A stretch of DNA of 64,000 bases, taken from positions 118,105 to 182,104 of the forward strand of contig JACKDR010000001.1 of the NCBI GenBank assembly GCA_020633495.1, read 5' to 3'. The first letter of the stretch is position 1. Each line of letters begins with the position of its first letter. The notes beneath the pieces are model-generated. The model was not told the DNA's origin and did no database searches. It was given only the letters and a program-made list of their open reading frames with translations. Below are positions 63,990 through 64,000 of the stretch, piece by piece. The stretch comes from Kofleriaceae bacterium. GTDB lineage: Bacteria; Myxococcota_A; Polyangia; Haliangiales; Haliangiaceae. The position numbers and the translations under genes are program-made.

Positions 63990-64000
63990 CGACGGCTCGA

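Overview
The window is about 74-75% GC and looks like a Myxococcota/deltaproteobacterial chromosome. It carries three Ser/Thr kinase genes with AAA/TPR or membrane domains, a sigma-54 activator with an FHA domain, and many signal-peptide/lipobox lipoproteins. At this GC content the six-frame track is full of long antisense and off-frame ORFs, so genes were called by reading the proteins. About 45 genes are supportable.

Main blocks, in order:
- 1-14.3 kb: a partial LysM protein, lipoproteins, a TrmN6-like methyltransferase, an EEP-family nuclease, a large kinase-AAA-TPR gene, SelO/YdiU, and RecQ.
- 14.3-29.3 kb: a GH9 glycosidase lipoprotein, a RluA-family pseudouridine synthase, an HxlR regulator divergent from a molybdopterin oxidoreductase, a methyltransferase, a membrane kinase, an ABC-F ATPase, a repeat-containing lipoprotein, and a dimethylglycine/sarcosine-dehydrogenase-like FAD enzyme.
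- 29.3-29.8 kb: a convergent intergenic region built of three repeat classes.
- 29.8-38.0 kb, minus strand: a complete nine-gene V/A-type ATPase operon in the order G-I-K-E-C-F-A-B-D, with stop/start overlaps at most junctions.
- 38.2-42.2 kb: an SGNH-like lipoprotein, two tandem NHL-repeat lipoprotein paralogs, and an IS5-like transposase relic.
- 42.8-49.2 kb: a porG-porA-porB 2-oxoacid:ferredoxin oxidoreductase operon (minus strand) that ends in a GltD-like NAD(P)H oxidoreductase with two [4Fe-4S] motifs instead of the usual delta ferredoxin. A -24/-12 sigma-54 promoter sits upstream, and an FHA-GAF-AAA-Fis sigma-54 activator is encoded divergently.
- 49.4-64.0 kb: a kinase-TM-TPR gene, a small CX4CH lipoprotein translationally coupled to a CXXCH-bearing outer-membrane-barrel-like protein, an EF-hand membrane protein, a NADAR protein, an AT-rich divergent promoter island, FG-GAP lipoproteins, a beta-propeller::di-haem cytochrome c peroxidase fusion, a YbjN-like protein, and a partial hypothetical gene.

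The most unusual signal: at least ten conserved genes (kinases, RecQ, RluA, V-ATPase subunits E, C and I) need one or more frameshifts to be read. About half of these shifts fall on alternating (GC)n dinucleotide tracts. The sequence alone cannot say whether these are assembly indels or real slippage/pseudogenisation.
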